From: Thermoanaerobaculia bacterium
Lineage (GTDB): Bacteria > Acidobacteriota > Thermoanaerobaculia > Multivoradales > UBA5704
DNA: 64,000 bases
Direction of reading: 5' to 3'
Assembly (NCBI GenBank): GCA_044226625.1
Contig: JBGAGQ010000001.1
Location: 96,001-160,000, forward strand
The notes beneath the pieces were generated by a model. That model saw only the letters and a program-made list of their open reading frames with translations. It did not search any database and had not been told where the DNA came from. Position 1 is the stretch's first letter. The number at the start of each line of letters is the position of its first letter. Both the position numbers and the translations under genes were made by a program. Shown here one piece after another: positions 1 to 9,806 of the stretch.

Positions 1-91
1 ACTGGTGAAGCGACAGGCTGAGCCTCTGCGGCTCAAAGCCCTCTCCTAGTTTGCATCATAGCGCGAAGCCTCGACAGTTTCCGCCGGACCC

Positions 92-109
92 TGTACAGTC
101 TCCTGTACG
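92..109. promoter_or_regulatory. YefM-YoeB autoregulatory operator (TGTACA...TGTACG, 12 bp apart)
   Basis: TGTACA at 92-97 and TGTACG at 104-109 lie just upstream of the yefM RBS. Core and 12-bp spacing match the characterised E. coli yefM-yoeB operator. Confidence 0.7.
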
Positions 110-124
110 GAAGGAGCACCAGAG

Positions 125-376
125 ATGAACACGCTCTCCTACACTCAGGCTCGGGCGCAGCTCGCAAAAACCATGGAATCGGTGTGCGATCGGCACGAGC
201 CGGTGATCATTACCCGCAATGGTGAGGACTCCGTGGTGATGCTGTCGCTCGAGGACTTCAAGTCTCTCGAAGAGACGGCCTACCTCTTGCGCAGCCCGAA
301 AAACGCCCGGCGCCTTCTCGATTCGATCGCCGAGCTTGAGCGGGGCGGCGGGGTCGAGCGCGAGCTGGCCGAGTGA
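125..376 (+). CDS. yefM: YefM/Phd antitoxin
   Basis: SYTQARAQLAKTM...EPVIITR...SLEETAYLLRSPKNARRL; AAGGAG RBS; overlaps the toxin start. Confidence 0.95.
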   Translation: MNTLSYTQARAQLAKTMESVCDRHEPVIITRNGEDSVVMLSLEDFKSLEETAYLLRSPKNARRLLDSIAELERGGGVERELAE

Positions 377-627
377 AGCTGGTCTTTTCGGAGCAGGCCT
401 GGGAGGACTATCTCCACTGGCAAAAGACCGACCGACATCTGCTCGAGCGGGTGAACCTACTAATCCGCGAGATTCAGCGCGATCCCTTCCGCGGCCTGGG
501 CAAGCCCGAACCGCTTCGGCATGCCCTCAAAGGGTATTGGTCGCGGCGGGTCAATGACGAGCACCGGATCGTCTATCGCATGGAGGGTGATTCCGTGCTC
601 ATCGCCCAGGTGCGCTACCACTACTGA
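373..627 (+). CDS. yoeB: YoeB/Txe ribosome-dependent mRNase toxin
   Basis: WEDYLHWQ...GLGKPEPLRHALKGYWSRRV..EHRIVY...RYHY; GTGA overlap with yefM. Confidence 0.95.
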   Translation: MKLVFSEQAWEDYLHWQKTDRHLLERVNLLIREIQRDPFRGLGKPEPLRHALKGYWSRRVNDEHRIVYRMEGDSVLIAQVRYHY

Positions 628-759
628 TCGGGCACGAACGACCGCTGGACCAGCCTCCGCGACATCGCTGCGACGGATATCACTTCCGTTTCCTGTGCGG
701 GCTCCGCCCCTACTTCGCTGGCAGACAGCTCGGCGAGCCCGGGGAGAGCCCGCTTTCGA

Positions 760-1893
760 TTACCGCAACATACTCCGCGCAATCACCAGCCGCTGCATCT
801 CGCTGGTCCCTTCGTAGATCGTGGTCACGCGTACGTCTCGATACAGCCGGGAGATCTCGTAGTCGGCGTGGAAGCCGTTGCCGCCGTGAATTTGGAGGCT
901 TTCGGCGCAGGCTCGGTTCGCGGCTTCGGAGGCGTAGAGCTTGGCTTGGGCGGCGAGGCGGCCGGCTTCGTTTCCGTGCTCGATCGCGGCGCGGTAGGTG
1001 AGGGCGCGGGAGGCGGCGAGCTCGGTGGCGATCTGGGCGATCTTCCATTGGATCGCTTGGTGCTCGGCGATCGGACGGCCGAATTGGACGCGCTCTTTGG
1101 CGTAGGAGACCGCGAGCTCGAGGGCCCTCTGGTGGATACCGAGCGCCTGGGCGGCGATGCCCACGCGGGAGTGGTCGAGGGTCGACTTGGCGATCGCGAG
1201 GCCGCGGCCCTCTTCGCCGAGCAGGAATTCGGACGGGATGCGGCATTGATTGAAGGTGATCGCCGCCGTGCGCGAGGCGCGGAGCCCCATCTTCTCCTCG
1301 GGCTTGCCGACGCCGAAGCCCGGCGCGTCGGCCGGCACCGCGAAGGCCGAGATGCCTTTCTTGCCCGCGTTCGGGTCGGTGCGCGCGAGCACCACGTACC
1401 AGGAGGCGAAACCGGCGTTGGTGATCCACGCCTTCTCGCCGTCGAGCACCCAGGCGTCGCCGTCGCGCTTCGCGGTCGTGCGCATCGAGGAGGGGTCGGA
1501 GCCGGCGCCGGGCTCGGTCAAGCCGAAGCCGCCGAGCTTGCCGCTCGCGAGGTCCGGCAGCGCGCGGCTCTTCGCCGCTTCGCCGCCGAAGGTCTGGATC
1601 GGCCAGGCGCAGACGGAGTTGGTGACGCTCATGGTCACGGCAACCGAAGGGCAGACGCGCGCCAGCTCTTCCACCGCGATCGCGTAGGTGAGCACGTCGG
1701 CGCCCGCGCCGCCGTAGCTTTCGGGGATCATCATGCCGAGCAGGCCGAGCTCGGCCATCTCGGCCATCACGTCGCTCGGGAACTCGTGGTCGCGGTCGCG
1801 CTGGTCCACGCCCGGCCGGATTCGCTCCTCGGCGAATCGGCGCACCTGCTCGCGCAGCAGCTCCTGGTCTTCCGAGAGGCCGAAGTCGATCAT
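760..1893 (-). CDS. Acyl-CoA dehydrogenase
   Basis: Starts MIDFGLSEDQ with an ATGA overlap to the upstream gene; FGLTEPGAGSD, QIHGGNG and IYEGTSEMQR motifs. Confidence 0.93.
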   Translation of the reverse strand: MIDFGLSEDQELLREQVRRFAEERIRPGVDQRDRDHEFPSDVMAEMAELGLLGMMIPESYGGAGADVLTYAIAVEELARVCPSVAVTMSVTNSVCAWPIQTFGGEAAKSRALPDLASGKLGGFGLTEPGAGSDPSSMRTTAKRDGDAWVLDGEKAWITNAGFASWYVVLARTDPNAGKKGISAFAVPADAPGFGVGKPEEKMGLRASRTAAITFNQCRIPSEFLLGEEGRGLAIAKSTLDHSRVGIAAQALGIHQRALELAVSYAKERVQFGRPIAEHQAIQWKIAQIATELAASRALTYRAAIEHGNEAGRLAAQAKLYASEAANRACAESLQIHGGNGFHADYEISRLYRDVRVTTIYEGTSEMQRLVIARSMLR

Positions 1894-3035
1894 GCCTTGT
1901 TGATCACCCAATCCGCGATCACCATCTTCTGGATCTCGCTCGTGCCCTCGTAGATCTCGGTGATCCGGGCGTCGCGGAAGTAGCGCTCGACGTTGTATTC
2001 CTTGGTGTAGCCGTAACCGCCGTGGATCTGGAGCGCCTTGTTGGTCACCCGCTGCGCCATCTCGGCCGAGAACAGCTTGGCCTGCGCGGCCTCGAGCGTG
2101 AACCGCTTCTGGTTCTCCTTCGCCCACGCGGCTTTCCAGACCAGCAGGCGCGCGGCGTCGAGCTCGGTCGCCATGTCGGCGAGGTAGAACTGGATCGCCT
2201 GGAACTCCGAGATCGCCTGGCCGAACTGCTTGCGCTGCTGGGCGTAGGCGACCGCCTCTTCGAACGCCCCCTGGGCGATACCCACCGCCTGCGCGGCGAT
2301 GCCGATCCGGCCGCCGTCGAGCGTCGCCATGGCGATCTTGAAGCCGTCGCCCTCTTCACCCAGCCGGTTCGCCGCCGGGATCCGCAGGTCCTGGAACGCC
2401 AGCTCCGTGGTACCCGAGGCGTTCACGCCGAGCTTGAACTCGTGGGTGCCGTGGCTGTAGCCGGGGGTGTCGGTCGGCACGATGAAGCAGGTGATCCCCT
2501 TGTGCTTCTTCGCGAGGTCGACGCTCGCGAAGACGAGCGCGATGTCGGCGTCGGTGCCGTTGGTGATGAAGACTTTGTTGCCGTTCAGGACGTACGAGTC
2601 GCCGTCTTTCCGCGCGGTGGACAGCAGCCCGCCGGCGTCGCTCCCCGCGCCCGGCTCGGTGAGCGCGAAGCAGCCGAGCTTCTGGCCCGCGGCGAGGGGG
2701 GTGAGGAACTCCTTCTTCTGCGCCTCGGTGCCGAATTTCAAGAGCGGATCGCAGACAAGGGAGTTGTTGACCGAGAGGATGACGCCCGAGGTGGCGCAGA
2801 CGCGGCTGATTTCTTCGATCACGAGCGTGTAGGCGATCGTGTCCATGCCGGCGCCGCCGTACTCCTCGGGCACCGCGACGCCGCCCAGGCCCAGCTCGCC
2901 CGCCTGGTCGAAGAAGCTGCGCGGGAACTCGCCCGACTCGTCGATCTCCTTGGCCCGCGGCTTGACGACCTCCTCGGCGAACCGGCGAATGTTTTCACGC
3001 AGTAACTGCTGCTCCTCGGTGAGCTCGATCTTCAT
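1890..3035 (-). CDS. Acyl-CoA dehydrogenase (short/branched-chain type)
   Basis: FALTEPGAGSD, QIHGGYGY and IYEGTSEIQ motifs. Confidence 0.95.
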   Translation of the reverse strand: MKIELTEEQQLLRENIRRFAEEVVKPRAKEIDESGEFPRSFFDQAGELGLGGVAVPEEYGGAGMDTIAYTLVIEEISRVCATSGVILSVNNSLVCDPLLKFGTEAQKKEFLTPLAAGQKLGCFALTEPGAGSDAGGLLSTARKDGDSYVLNGNKVFITNGTDADIALVFASVDLAKKHKGITCFIVPTDTPGYSHGTHEFKLGVNASGTTELAFQDLRIPAANRLGEEGDGFKIAMATLDGGRIGIAAQAVGIAQGAFEEAVAYAQQRKQFGQAISEFQAIQFYLADMATELDAARLLVWKAAWAKENQKRFTLEAAQAKLFSAEMAQRVTNKALQIHGGYGYTKEYNVERYFRDARITEIYEGTSEIQKMVIADWVINKA

Positions 3036-3240
3036 GCGCGTTCCTATGGCGAATCCTGCACTCGCGGAGGGAGAGAAAAATCAGGGAGAGACGGAAGGGC
3101 GAACGCCCGGGAACCGACCCGGATCGTAGCAACCGGGCAAAGAGAGGGTCAAGGAACGATACGGGACGGGTCCCCGCCCCCCTGGGAGACCGCTCGGCAT
3201 CTCCGGGGTGCGTGCGCCTATAGGAAGAAGGAAAGGAGGC

Positions 3241-5013
3241 CTACGCGGTCGCCGTGCGCTCGCCCGACATGATGCGCCAGCCGATGACTTTTTCATCGAT
3301 CTCGCGCAGCCGGTTGGCGATCAGGCGGCAGAGTAGCTGGAGGAACTCGAGCGAGGCGTGGGGGTCCATCGCCAGGACCTCGCGCACGGTCGCCTGGTTG
3401 AGCGCGAGCGCGGTCATCGGTCCGCCGTGGGCGCGGGCGTCGGCCGAGCGGGGCTGGCCGTCGATCAGCGACATCTCGCCGAAGAAGTCACCGCGGTCGA
3501 GGATCGCGAGCGCCTCTTCCCCGCCGCCCGGGATGAACTTGCTGATCATCGCCTTGCCTTCGAGGATGACGTACATCTCGGCGCCCTGGTCGCCCTCCTG
3601 GAAGACGTAGGCGCCCGCGGCGTAGCGCACTTCCTTGGAGAAGGTGGCGAGCGTCATCAGCTCGCGGCGCGAGAGCCCTTGCTCGCGGAACAGGCGAATC
3701 TTGTCGGAGCTGTCGACCGTCACGGCGCCCAGGACCGCGGCGTTCGCCGGCTGGCGGCGCAGGCGGAGGAAATTCTCCGGCTGCGACTCGGCGTTGAAGA
3801 ACCCCTTGAGCTGCTCGTTGGTGCCGCGCAGCTTCCGCGCGAGCGCATGCCAGAGGATCCAGGCGAACTGGCTGCCGAGCTCCGGGCTGTCTTCGATCAG
3901 CGAATCGAGCGCCGAGGCGTCGATGCGCAGGACCTGAGTCGTTTCGGCGGCGATCGCGTCGCCGGTGCGCGGCTGGCCGGTGACGTAGCTCGCCTCGCCG
4001 AACATCTCGCCCGAGCCGTAGCTGCCGAGCACGAACGTGCCGTACGAGGTCGGACGCTGGATCGCGACCTCCCCGTCCTCGATCAGGTAGAGGTCGCGCC
4101 CCTCGTGCTGGTGGGCGAAGATTAAGCTGCCGGCTTCGAACGTCTCGGATTCGACCGCGCGGGTGAGCTTGAAGATCAGCTCGTCGGGCAGGTGGGCGAA
4201 GAGGCGGATGCGGCGCAGGCGCGTCGCCACCTCCAGCTGCCCCCCCGGCATGCGGCGCGGCATGGCGCCCGGCCCGGCGACGCCGCGCGGCAGGAGACCG
4301 TCGGCTTCGAGCTGTCGCTCGCGGTGCCACTCGAGGCGGTCGAACGCGACGTGGAGCGCGTCTTGCCGCTCGTGGAACTGGAGCGCGAGCTCGCGCGTTC
4401 CCCAGCCAAGGATCTGTTTGAGCGTCTGGATGCGGCGGCGCAGCCGGTCGCTGCCGTCGTGGTCCGCCTCGTTGAGAAGCAGGAAGGCGTGAATCGTCGC
4501 GCGCAACGCGTCCTCGTGCCGTTGGCGCTCGAGCTCGGCGCGGCCGAGGATCTCGGCGGTCTCGCGATCGAACGGGTTGAACCGGAGCGCCTGTGCCAGC
4601 TCCTCCGCCGCCGCCTCGTACTCCTTCTTGCGGAAGTGGAGGCGTCCGAGCAGCTTGTGGCGGGACGGCCCGGCGTCGTCCTTCGCCCGCGCCATGTCGA
4701 GGCATTCGAGCGCGCGGGCGCTTTCGCCCTTCTCGGCGTAGAGGTGGGCCAGGCCGACGAACTGTGCGGCGTCGATCGAGCTACGGCGATGCTCTTCCCG
4801 TAGCCGTTCGCGCAGACCGCGCGGCGGCTTGCCCTGGCGGGCGGCCTGGCGCTTCCTCACCTCGGCGAGGCCGAGCTTGATTCCGAGGTTCGCCGGCTCG
4901 ATCCGCAGCGCGACGAGGAACAGCTCGGCCGCCTCCTCGAACTGCTCCCGCTCACCGAAGCGGCGCGCGAGCTCGAGCAGCGTTTCGAGATCGTTGTGCG
5001 GTTCGATCGCCAT
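3241..5013 (-). CDS. TPR-repeat protein with two cyclic-nucleotide-binding domains
   Basis: N-terminal TPR-like helices; two cNMP cassettes (FGEASY..PRTGDA and FGEMSL..PRSADA); no HTH seen. Confidence 0.85.
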   Translation of the reverse strand: MAIEPHNDLETLLELARRFGEREQFEEAAELFLVALRIEPANLGIKLGLAEVRKRQAARQGKPPRGLRERLREEHRRSSIDAAQFVGLAHLYAEKGESARALECLDMARAKDDAGPSRHKLLGRLHFRKKEYEAAAEELAQALRFNPFDRETAEILGRAELERQRHEDALRATIHAFLLLNEADHDGSDRLRRRIQTLKQILGWGTRELALQFHERQDALHVAFDRLEWHRERQLEADGLLPRGVAGPGAMPRRMPGGQLEVATRLRRIRLFAHLPDELIFKLTRAVESETFEAGSLIFAHQHEGRDLYLIEDGEVAIQRPTSYGTFVLGSYGSGEMFGEASYVTGQPRTGDAIAAETTQVLRIDASALDSLIEDSPELGSQFAWILWHALARKLRGTNEQLKGFFNAESQPENFLRLRRQPANAAVLGAVTVDSSDKIRLFREQGLSRRELMTLATFSKEVRYAAGAYVFQEGDQGAEMYVILEGKAMISKFIPGGGEEALAILDRGDFFGEMSLIDGQPRSADARAHGGPMTALALNQATVREVLAMDPHASLEFLQLLCRLIANRLREIDEKVIGWRIMSGERTATA

Positions 5014-5194
5014 GAGAAAAACTCTACCGTAGTGTAGCTCAGTTCGCGGCCGGGCCGGATCCGCTTCCGCAGGCCCATCCCTTTTTTACACGCGCTCGCT
5101 CCCATGCTCTAGACCGCAGCCCAACGGGTCGGTCCCCCGAGAGCGAACGGCGGGATTGCAACGTCAAATAGATTCTTGTACATTTTTCCGTTAG

Positions 5195-5875
5195 ATGAGC
5201 TCGTGGATCGGCGGTTTCGTGGCCACGGGGCGTTCGCGCGCCGTGCGGTCGCCGGAGTACCAACAGGCGCTCCAGGGGATCGAACAGTGCCGGCGAGGCG
5301 ACTGGAACGAGGGCATCGGCCACCTCGCCAAGGCGGCGGCGAGCGCCGAGCGCGGCTCGCTGCCGGGGCTGGTTTTCTCGTTCCTGGGGTACGGGCTCGC
5401 GCTCAAAGAGGGGCGGGTCGACGACGGGCTCGCCCTCTGCCGCCACGCCCTGCGCGTCCAGCTGTTCGAGCCGGAAAACCATCTCAACCTCGCGCGCACC
5501 CAACTGCTAGCGGACGACCGGTCGGCCGCCTATCGCACGGTGCGGGAAGGGCTCCGCGTCGACCGCAACGACAAGGAGCTGCAGGCGATGCGCCGGCAGC
5601 TCGGCGTACGCCGGCCGCCGGTGTTCTCGTTCCTGGCGCGGCACCATCCGCTCAACCGCGCGTTCGGCCGGCTGCGCCACGCCGTGATGTCGGTCTTCAA
5701 CGCGGAGCTCGAAGCGCCCAAGCCGCGGGCGCGCCCGGCGAGCAACGTGGCACGCGCAGCTTCCGAGGCCGCGCCGAGCCCGGCGTCTCCGACCGCTACT
5801 TCCGCGTCGAGTCCGACGCGGCCGGCTCCCCCGGGGCCGAAATCACTAGTTGCATCGCGGGGTCGAGCGTCATGA
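5195..5875 (+). CDS. TPR-like hypothetical protein
   Basis: SFLGYGLA..G...GLALCRHAL....PENHLNLAR TPR pattern; RRPPVFSFLAR.HPLN tail. Start is uncertain; 3' end overlaps the convergent gene by about 80 bp. Confidence 0.7.
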   Translation: MSSWIGGFVATGRSRAVRSPEYQQALQGIEQCRRGDWNEGIGHLAKAAASAERGSLPGLVFSFLGYGLALKEGRVDDGLALCRHALRVQLFEPENHLNLARTQLLADDRSAAYRTVREGLRVDRNDKELQAMRRQLGVRRPPVFSFLARHHPLNRAFGRLRHAVMSVFNAELEAPKPRARPASNVARAASEAAPSPASPTATSASSPTRPAPPGPKSLVASRGRAS

Positions 5876-6614
5876 ACAGCCGCCGCGCTTCGTCGGGCGC
5901 CAGGTAGAGCACGATCCGCCGCGGCACCGGCTGGCCGATCGCCCGCCGGCCGATCCACTGCCACCCTTCATAGAGCCGGAACCGGACCCGCCAGAGGCGC
6001 GCGAGCGCCGACTCGTCGGGGGCATCGACGCCACTTTCGCCGCGGATCGAGACCTCGAGCGCAGGCTCGAAGCGCAACCGATAGTGCGTGGGCATCTGCG
6101 CCATCGATTCGGCGCGCGCCTCGGAGACTGCGAGGCTGCTCGAGCCGGCGCCGGCTCCCTCGGGGGAGCGGATCGGGATCAGAGGCCGCTCCGGCTCGGG
6201 CAGCTCCGTGGTCAAACGGAAACGGGCGACGGGGAGCGCTCCGCGGTCGCCGAAACGGGGGCGCCCGAACAGGCCGCGCTCGACCTCGAAGCGGCGCAGG
6301 AGCAGGCCGTCCACCTTGAGATCGAGATGCCCGGCGCGCGGGTCGAGAGCCCAGTAGATCGCGTGGGTCTTCGCCGCGGCGACCTCGGCGGCGAGCGCCG
6401 CGGCCTGCTCCTCGGGGCTCGCCGGCGCGGCGGGAGCCACCGCTCCTGAGGGAGCGCTCCCGAGGCGCTGGGGATCGCTCACGAAGTTCCAGGCGACGCC
6501 CGCGAGCACGGCGAGGGCGAGGACGATCGCCGCGCGTCTGCCCGGGCCACGCAGATGCGCGAGGCCCTCGAAACGCGAGCGCTTGAACGCGCTCCCCCCG
6601 TAGCCCCGGCTCAC
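5796..6614 (-). CDS. Membrane-anchored hypothetical protein, possibly a degenerate YkuD-like fold
   Basis: N-terminal TM helix; follows two L,D-transpeptidases; C-terminus resembles the YkuD end but has no Cys. Confidence 0.6.
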   Translation of the reverse strand: MSRGYGGSAFKRSRFEGLAHLRGPGRRAAIVLALAVLAGVAWNFVSDPQRLGSAPSGAVAPAAPASPEEQAAALAAEVAAAKTHAIYWALDPRAGHLDLKVDGLLLRRFEVERGLFGRPRFGDRGALPVARFRLTTELPEPERPLIPIRSPEGAGAGSSSLAVSEARAESMAQMPTHYRLRFEPALEVSIRGESGVDAPDESALARLWRVRFRLYEGWQWIGRRAIGQPVPRRIVLYLAPDEARRLFMTLDPAMQLVISAPGEPAASDSTRK

Positions 6615-6693
6615 CGGGCCACCCCGTCGCCGCGGCGGCGAGCGAGCGACGGCCCGGAGAGATGGTAGTCAGAACGACCCGGCCCGGCGAAGC

Positions 6694-7539
6694 TCAATAG
6701 ATGTAGACCCTCGCCCCCACCGGCGTGGCGCGGAAAACCGCTTCGAGATCGTCGTCGCCAAGCCGGATGCAGCCGTGGGTGACACTGCGGCCGAGCAGCC
6801 GCTGGTAGAGCGTGCCGTGGATCAGGTAGCCGCCGCCGAGATAGAGGGCGTAGTCGCCGAGCGAATAGGGATCGAGCCGCTCCGCCTCGGACTTCGGGAT
6901 CGGCGCTCCCTCCTCGACGAACGCCCAATCGGGCTTGTTCCACACCGGATCCTTCTTCTTGTCGAGCACGCGGTGGACGCCGTGCGGCGTCTCGAACACC
7001 CAGCGCCGTCCGGACCCGGGATCGATCAGCAGGCCGCCGGTTCCGGTCGAGCAGACCGCCTCGCGCAGGGTCTTCGTCCCCAGCTTGAGGAAAAGGCGAT
7101 TCGCGATCGTGTCGACCTCGATGAACACGCCGCGCGGGGCGCTCGCGGCGAGCTTCTTCTCCGCTCGGGCGAGCGCTCGCGGGCTCGCCGCGGCGAGTGT
7201 CGGATTTTCCGGCAGCGGCATTTCGCCGAGCTCGCCGTAGGAGAACCCGAAGCCGAGGCCGAGGGCGACCGCGGCGAGCAGCGCGACGCCGATCCAGGCG
7301 ACGAGCGGGAGGAAGTCGGCGACGTGGAGGCGGCGCCGCGCGACCGCCGCCCAGCCCTGGTCGGGAGAGAGCGCCGCCGCAGGTCCCGCAAAAGTTCCTG
7401 AGGAAGGGCCTGGGCCGGCGCCCGCGGGCTCGGCCGGGCTCGCCACCCCGTCCGGATCGAACACCTCGGCGATCGAGCGGAGGGAGGCGCGATCGCGGTC
7501 CGGCGCGGCGCCGGGGCGGAGGAACCGATCGGCGCTCAT
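6694..7539 (-). CDS. L,D-transpeptidase (YkuD family)
   Basis: Starts MSADRF (ATGA overlap); TM helix; KDPVWNKPDW, YLIHGT and VTHGCIRL catalytic His/Cys. Confidence 0.9.
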   Translation of the reverse strand: MSADRFLRPGAAPDRDRASLRSIAEVFDPDGVASPAEPAGAGPGPSSGTFAGPAAALSPDQGWAAVARRRLHVADFLPLVAWIGVALLAAVALGLGFGFSYGELGEMPLPENPTLAAASPRALARAEKKLAASAPRGVFIEVDTIANRLFLKLGTKTLREAVCSTGTGGLLIDPGSGRRWVFETPHGVHRVLDKKKDPVWNKPDWAFVEEGAPIPKSEAERLDPYSLGDYALYLGGGYLIHGTLYQRLLGRSVTHGCIRLGDDDLEAVFRATPVGARVYIY

Positions 7540-8690
7540 CGGCTCGTCGCCGCCTCCCGGAGGATCGCGGTCGGGACCAGCGTCACGGGCGTCCCCACCT
7601 CGACCTCCGGGAACAGCCGGTCGATGTCGTCGTCGTCGAGCGCGACGCAGCCGTTCGTCCAGTCGAGGCCCCGCCCGCCCGCGCCGTGGATCTCGATCAA
7701 GCCGCCCGGGCCGCGGCGGGTCGGCACCAGGCCGCGTCGCACCGCCTCGGCGTGGTCGCGCCGATCCTCGGCGTTCGGATAGTCGAGCAACAGCGCGCGG
7801 TGGAACCGGCTCGATCCGAGGTCCTTCTTCGCCGTGACCGAGTACCGCCCTTCCGGCGTGGCGCCGTCCCCTTCCCATAGCTTGCGGAACATGCCCCGGG
7901 TGCCGAGCTCGACCGGAAAGCCGAGGACCACCCGGCCACCGCGGATGAGGAAGCCGCGCCGGCGGGCCTTGTCGACCACCACCGCCGCCCGGTCCGGCAG
8001 CGTGCCGGAGACCGTCTCGTCGACCCAGGTCTGCCAGCGCCGGCGCCAGCCGAGGTCCTCCAGCCGCTCCTCGCGCAGATCGAGCCGCCGGTCGAGCTCC
8101 GCGAGCGCTTCCGAGGCCGAATCGAGGAGGGGGCCGACGGCCCCAAGGTCGCCGCGGCGCGCGGCGTCGGTCGCCGCCTCGATGTCGACTCGCGCGGCCT
8201 GCGCCGAGGCGCGTAGCTCGCGGTCGCCCGCCGCCGCTTCCTCGGCCACGGCGAGGCGCTCCTCCATCTCGCGCAGGCGCGGCGCGATCTGATTCTCCGA
8301 GCGCGCGCGGTCGGCAGCGATGGCCTCGCGCGCGCGCCGCGCGGCCGCCTCGGTCTCGGTCGCGAGCGAGGCGATCTCGTCGTTCCGTTTCGGCCGCCAG
8401 CGGACGGCGGCCTCCTCGGCCCAACGCGATTCGAGCCGGCGCGCCGCGTCTTCCGCCCGCGCGAGCTCGGGCGAACTCTTCCCCTCCGCCGCGACGCGCG
8501 CCGCTTGAAGCGCGGCCCGGGCGCGCTGGACGGCTCCGAGCGGCAGCGGCGAGCGCGGAACGAGCGCGCTGCCGAACAGCACGCCGAGCCCGAGCAGGCC
8601 GAGCGCGAACAGCCGCTCCCCCCAGGACAGGAGCGAGCGCACCCGCGGGGGCGAGGGGGAGGAAGCGCTGGGAGCGGTGGGCTCGGTCAT
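7536..8690 (-). CDS. L,D-transpeptidase with N-terminal TM helix and coiled coil
   Basis: Starts MTEPTAP; EGDGATPEGRY, LDYPN, IEIHG and WTNGCVAL motifs. Confidence 0.9.
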   Translation of the reverse strand: MTEPTAPSASSPSPPRVRSLLSWGERLFALGLLGLGVLFGSALVPRSPLPLGAVQRARAALQAARVAAEGKSSPELARAEDAARRLESRWAEEAAVRWRPKRNDEIASLATETEAAARRAREAIAADRARSENQIAPRLREMEERLAVAEEAAAGDRELRASAQAARVDIEAATDAARRGDLGAVGPLLDSASEALAELDRRLDLREERLEDLGWRRRWQTWVDETVSGTLPDRAAVVVDKARRRGFLIRGGRVVLGFPVELGTRGMFRKLWEGDGATPEGRYSVTAKKDLGSSRFHRALLLDYPNAEDRRDHAEAVRRGLVPTRRGPGGLIEIHGAGGRGLDWTNGCVALDDDDIDRLFPEVEVGTPVTLVPTAILREAATSR

Positions 8691-8802
8691 TCGCGGGAGG
8701 GTTTCGCTCAGGAGGTGACGCCTCGTCGTTGCCGAGGAGTCTCTACCAGGAAGAGCCTGGCCGCCAAGGGGCGGAACACCCAGGCCTGCGGCCCTGCTCC
8801 TG

Positions 8803-8842
8803 AAAAGCAAGAAAGGGCGGCCCGGATGCACGGACCGCCCTT
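8803..8842 (-). terminator. Probable intrinsic terminator after the second tonB
   Basis: AAGGGCGGTCCG...CGGGCCGCCCTTT stem followed by a T-rich tail on the minus strand. Confidence 0.6.
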
Positions 8843-8866
8843 CCTGCTCTGTTGCCTACCGCTCGC

Positions 8867-9625
8867 TCAGCTCAGCGAGAACTGCACCGTCAGGTTGAAG
8901 AACACCTTGACCGGCCGGCCGTTCATCGTCGCGGGCGAGAAGCGCCACTTCGTCACCGCGTCGATCGCCGCCTGCTGCAGGCCGAAACCGAGGCCCTTGA
9001 CGATGGTCACGTCGATCACGCGGCCGCTTTCGTCGATCACGGTCCGGAGGATCACCGTTCCGCCCTGGCGCGCCCGGCGGGCGCTCTCCGGGTAAAGCGG
9101 CTCGACCCGGGTGATGATCACCGGCTTAGCGATCGCGCCGGTCAGCGTGTAGGGCTGATCGCTGACCACTCCCGGGCCGCTCGCCTCGGACCCGTTGCTC
9201 GGACCGTCCCATCCGCTGTCCGGGCCGTTGCCGGAACCGGAAATCCCCATGTTGCTCGTGCCGACGTTCGCGGTCGAGGCGACCTCCTGCTGCGACGCGC
9301 TCGGCGACTCCTGCTCGGCCGCCTTCGGGATCGTGTCGGAGACGTCTTGCGGTTTCGGCTGCACGGACTCATGGTTGGGCGCCGTGGGCTTCGGCGGAGC
9401 CGCCTCAGGCTTCACCCGATTGCCGCTCGCGGGCGGCGGAGGCGGTAGAGCCGCCTGAAGGTAGAAGACCGCGTTCTCGATCGGCTCCTTGACCGGACCG
9501 ATGGTCCAGTAGGTGGCGCTCACGGCCGCGACGGCGATCGCGAGGTGCAAGCCGGCGGAGGTGGCGAGGACGCTCTTCGGGGTGCGGCGGGGTTTCTGGA
9601 TATCGATCAACGAGGTCTCGAACAT
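8867..9625 (-). CDS. tonB: Energy transducer TonB family protein
   Basis: Starts MFETSLID; TM helix containing His; Pro-rich linker; TonB_C (YPESARRARQGGTV...WRFSPA). Confidence 0.88.
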   Translation of the reverse strand: MFETSLIDIQKPRRTPKSVLATSAGLHLAIAVAAVSATYWTIGPVKEPIENAVFYLQAALPPPPPASGNRVKPEAAPPKPTAPNHESVQPKPQDVSDTIPKAAEQESPSASQQEVASTANVGTSNMGISGSGNGPDSGWDGPSNGSEASGPGVVSDQPYTLTGAIAKPVIITRVEPLYPESARRARQGGTVILRTVIDESGRVIDVTIVKGLGFGLQQAAIDAVTKWRFSPATMNGRPVKVFFNLTVQFSLS

Positions 9626-9713
9626 GGGAACCTCCTTCCGAATCGTTGGACACCCACCCCGCTCGAAACGAAACCGGCGCGTGCCGCGCGGGCGTCCCAA
9701 GGTGTCGAGGAGT

Positions 9714-9742
9714 TTGGACCGGAAAGTGGGTCGATCGGTTCC
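9714..9742 (-). promoter_or_regulatory. Putative ECF sigma promoter (GGAACC-N17-GTCCAA) for the second tonB
   Basis: Matches the generic ECF -35 GGAAC / -10 GTC pattern about 90 bp upstream of the ATG. Confidence 0.4.
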
Positions 9743-9806
9743 CGGGAACGAGCTGGCGATCGATCACGCGGCTCGGGACGGGCTCGCCACCCGTCCCGGT
9801 TCGGGT

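Noticed and set aside
3159-3175. ATACGGGACG, the reverse complement of the array core, in the acyl-CoA dehydrogenase upstream region
   Set aside because: A single 10-mer match in 64 kb of GC-rich DNA is compatible with chance.
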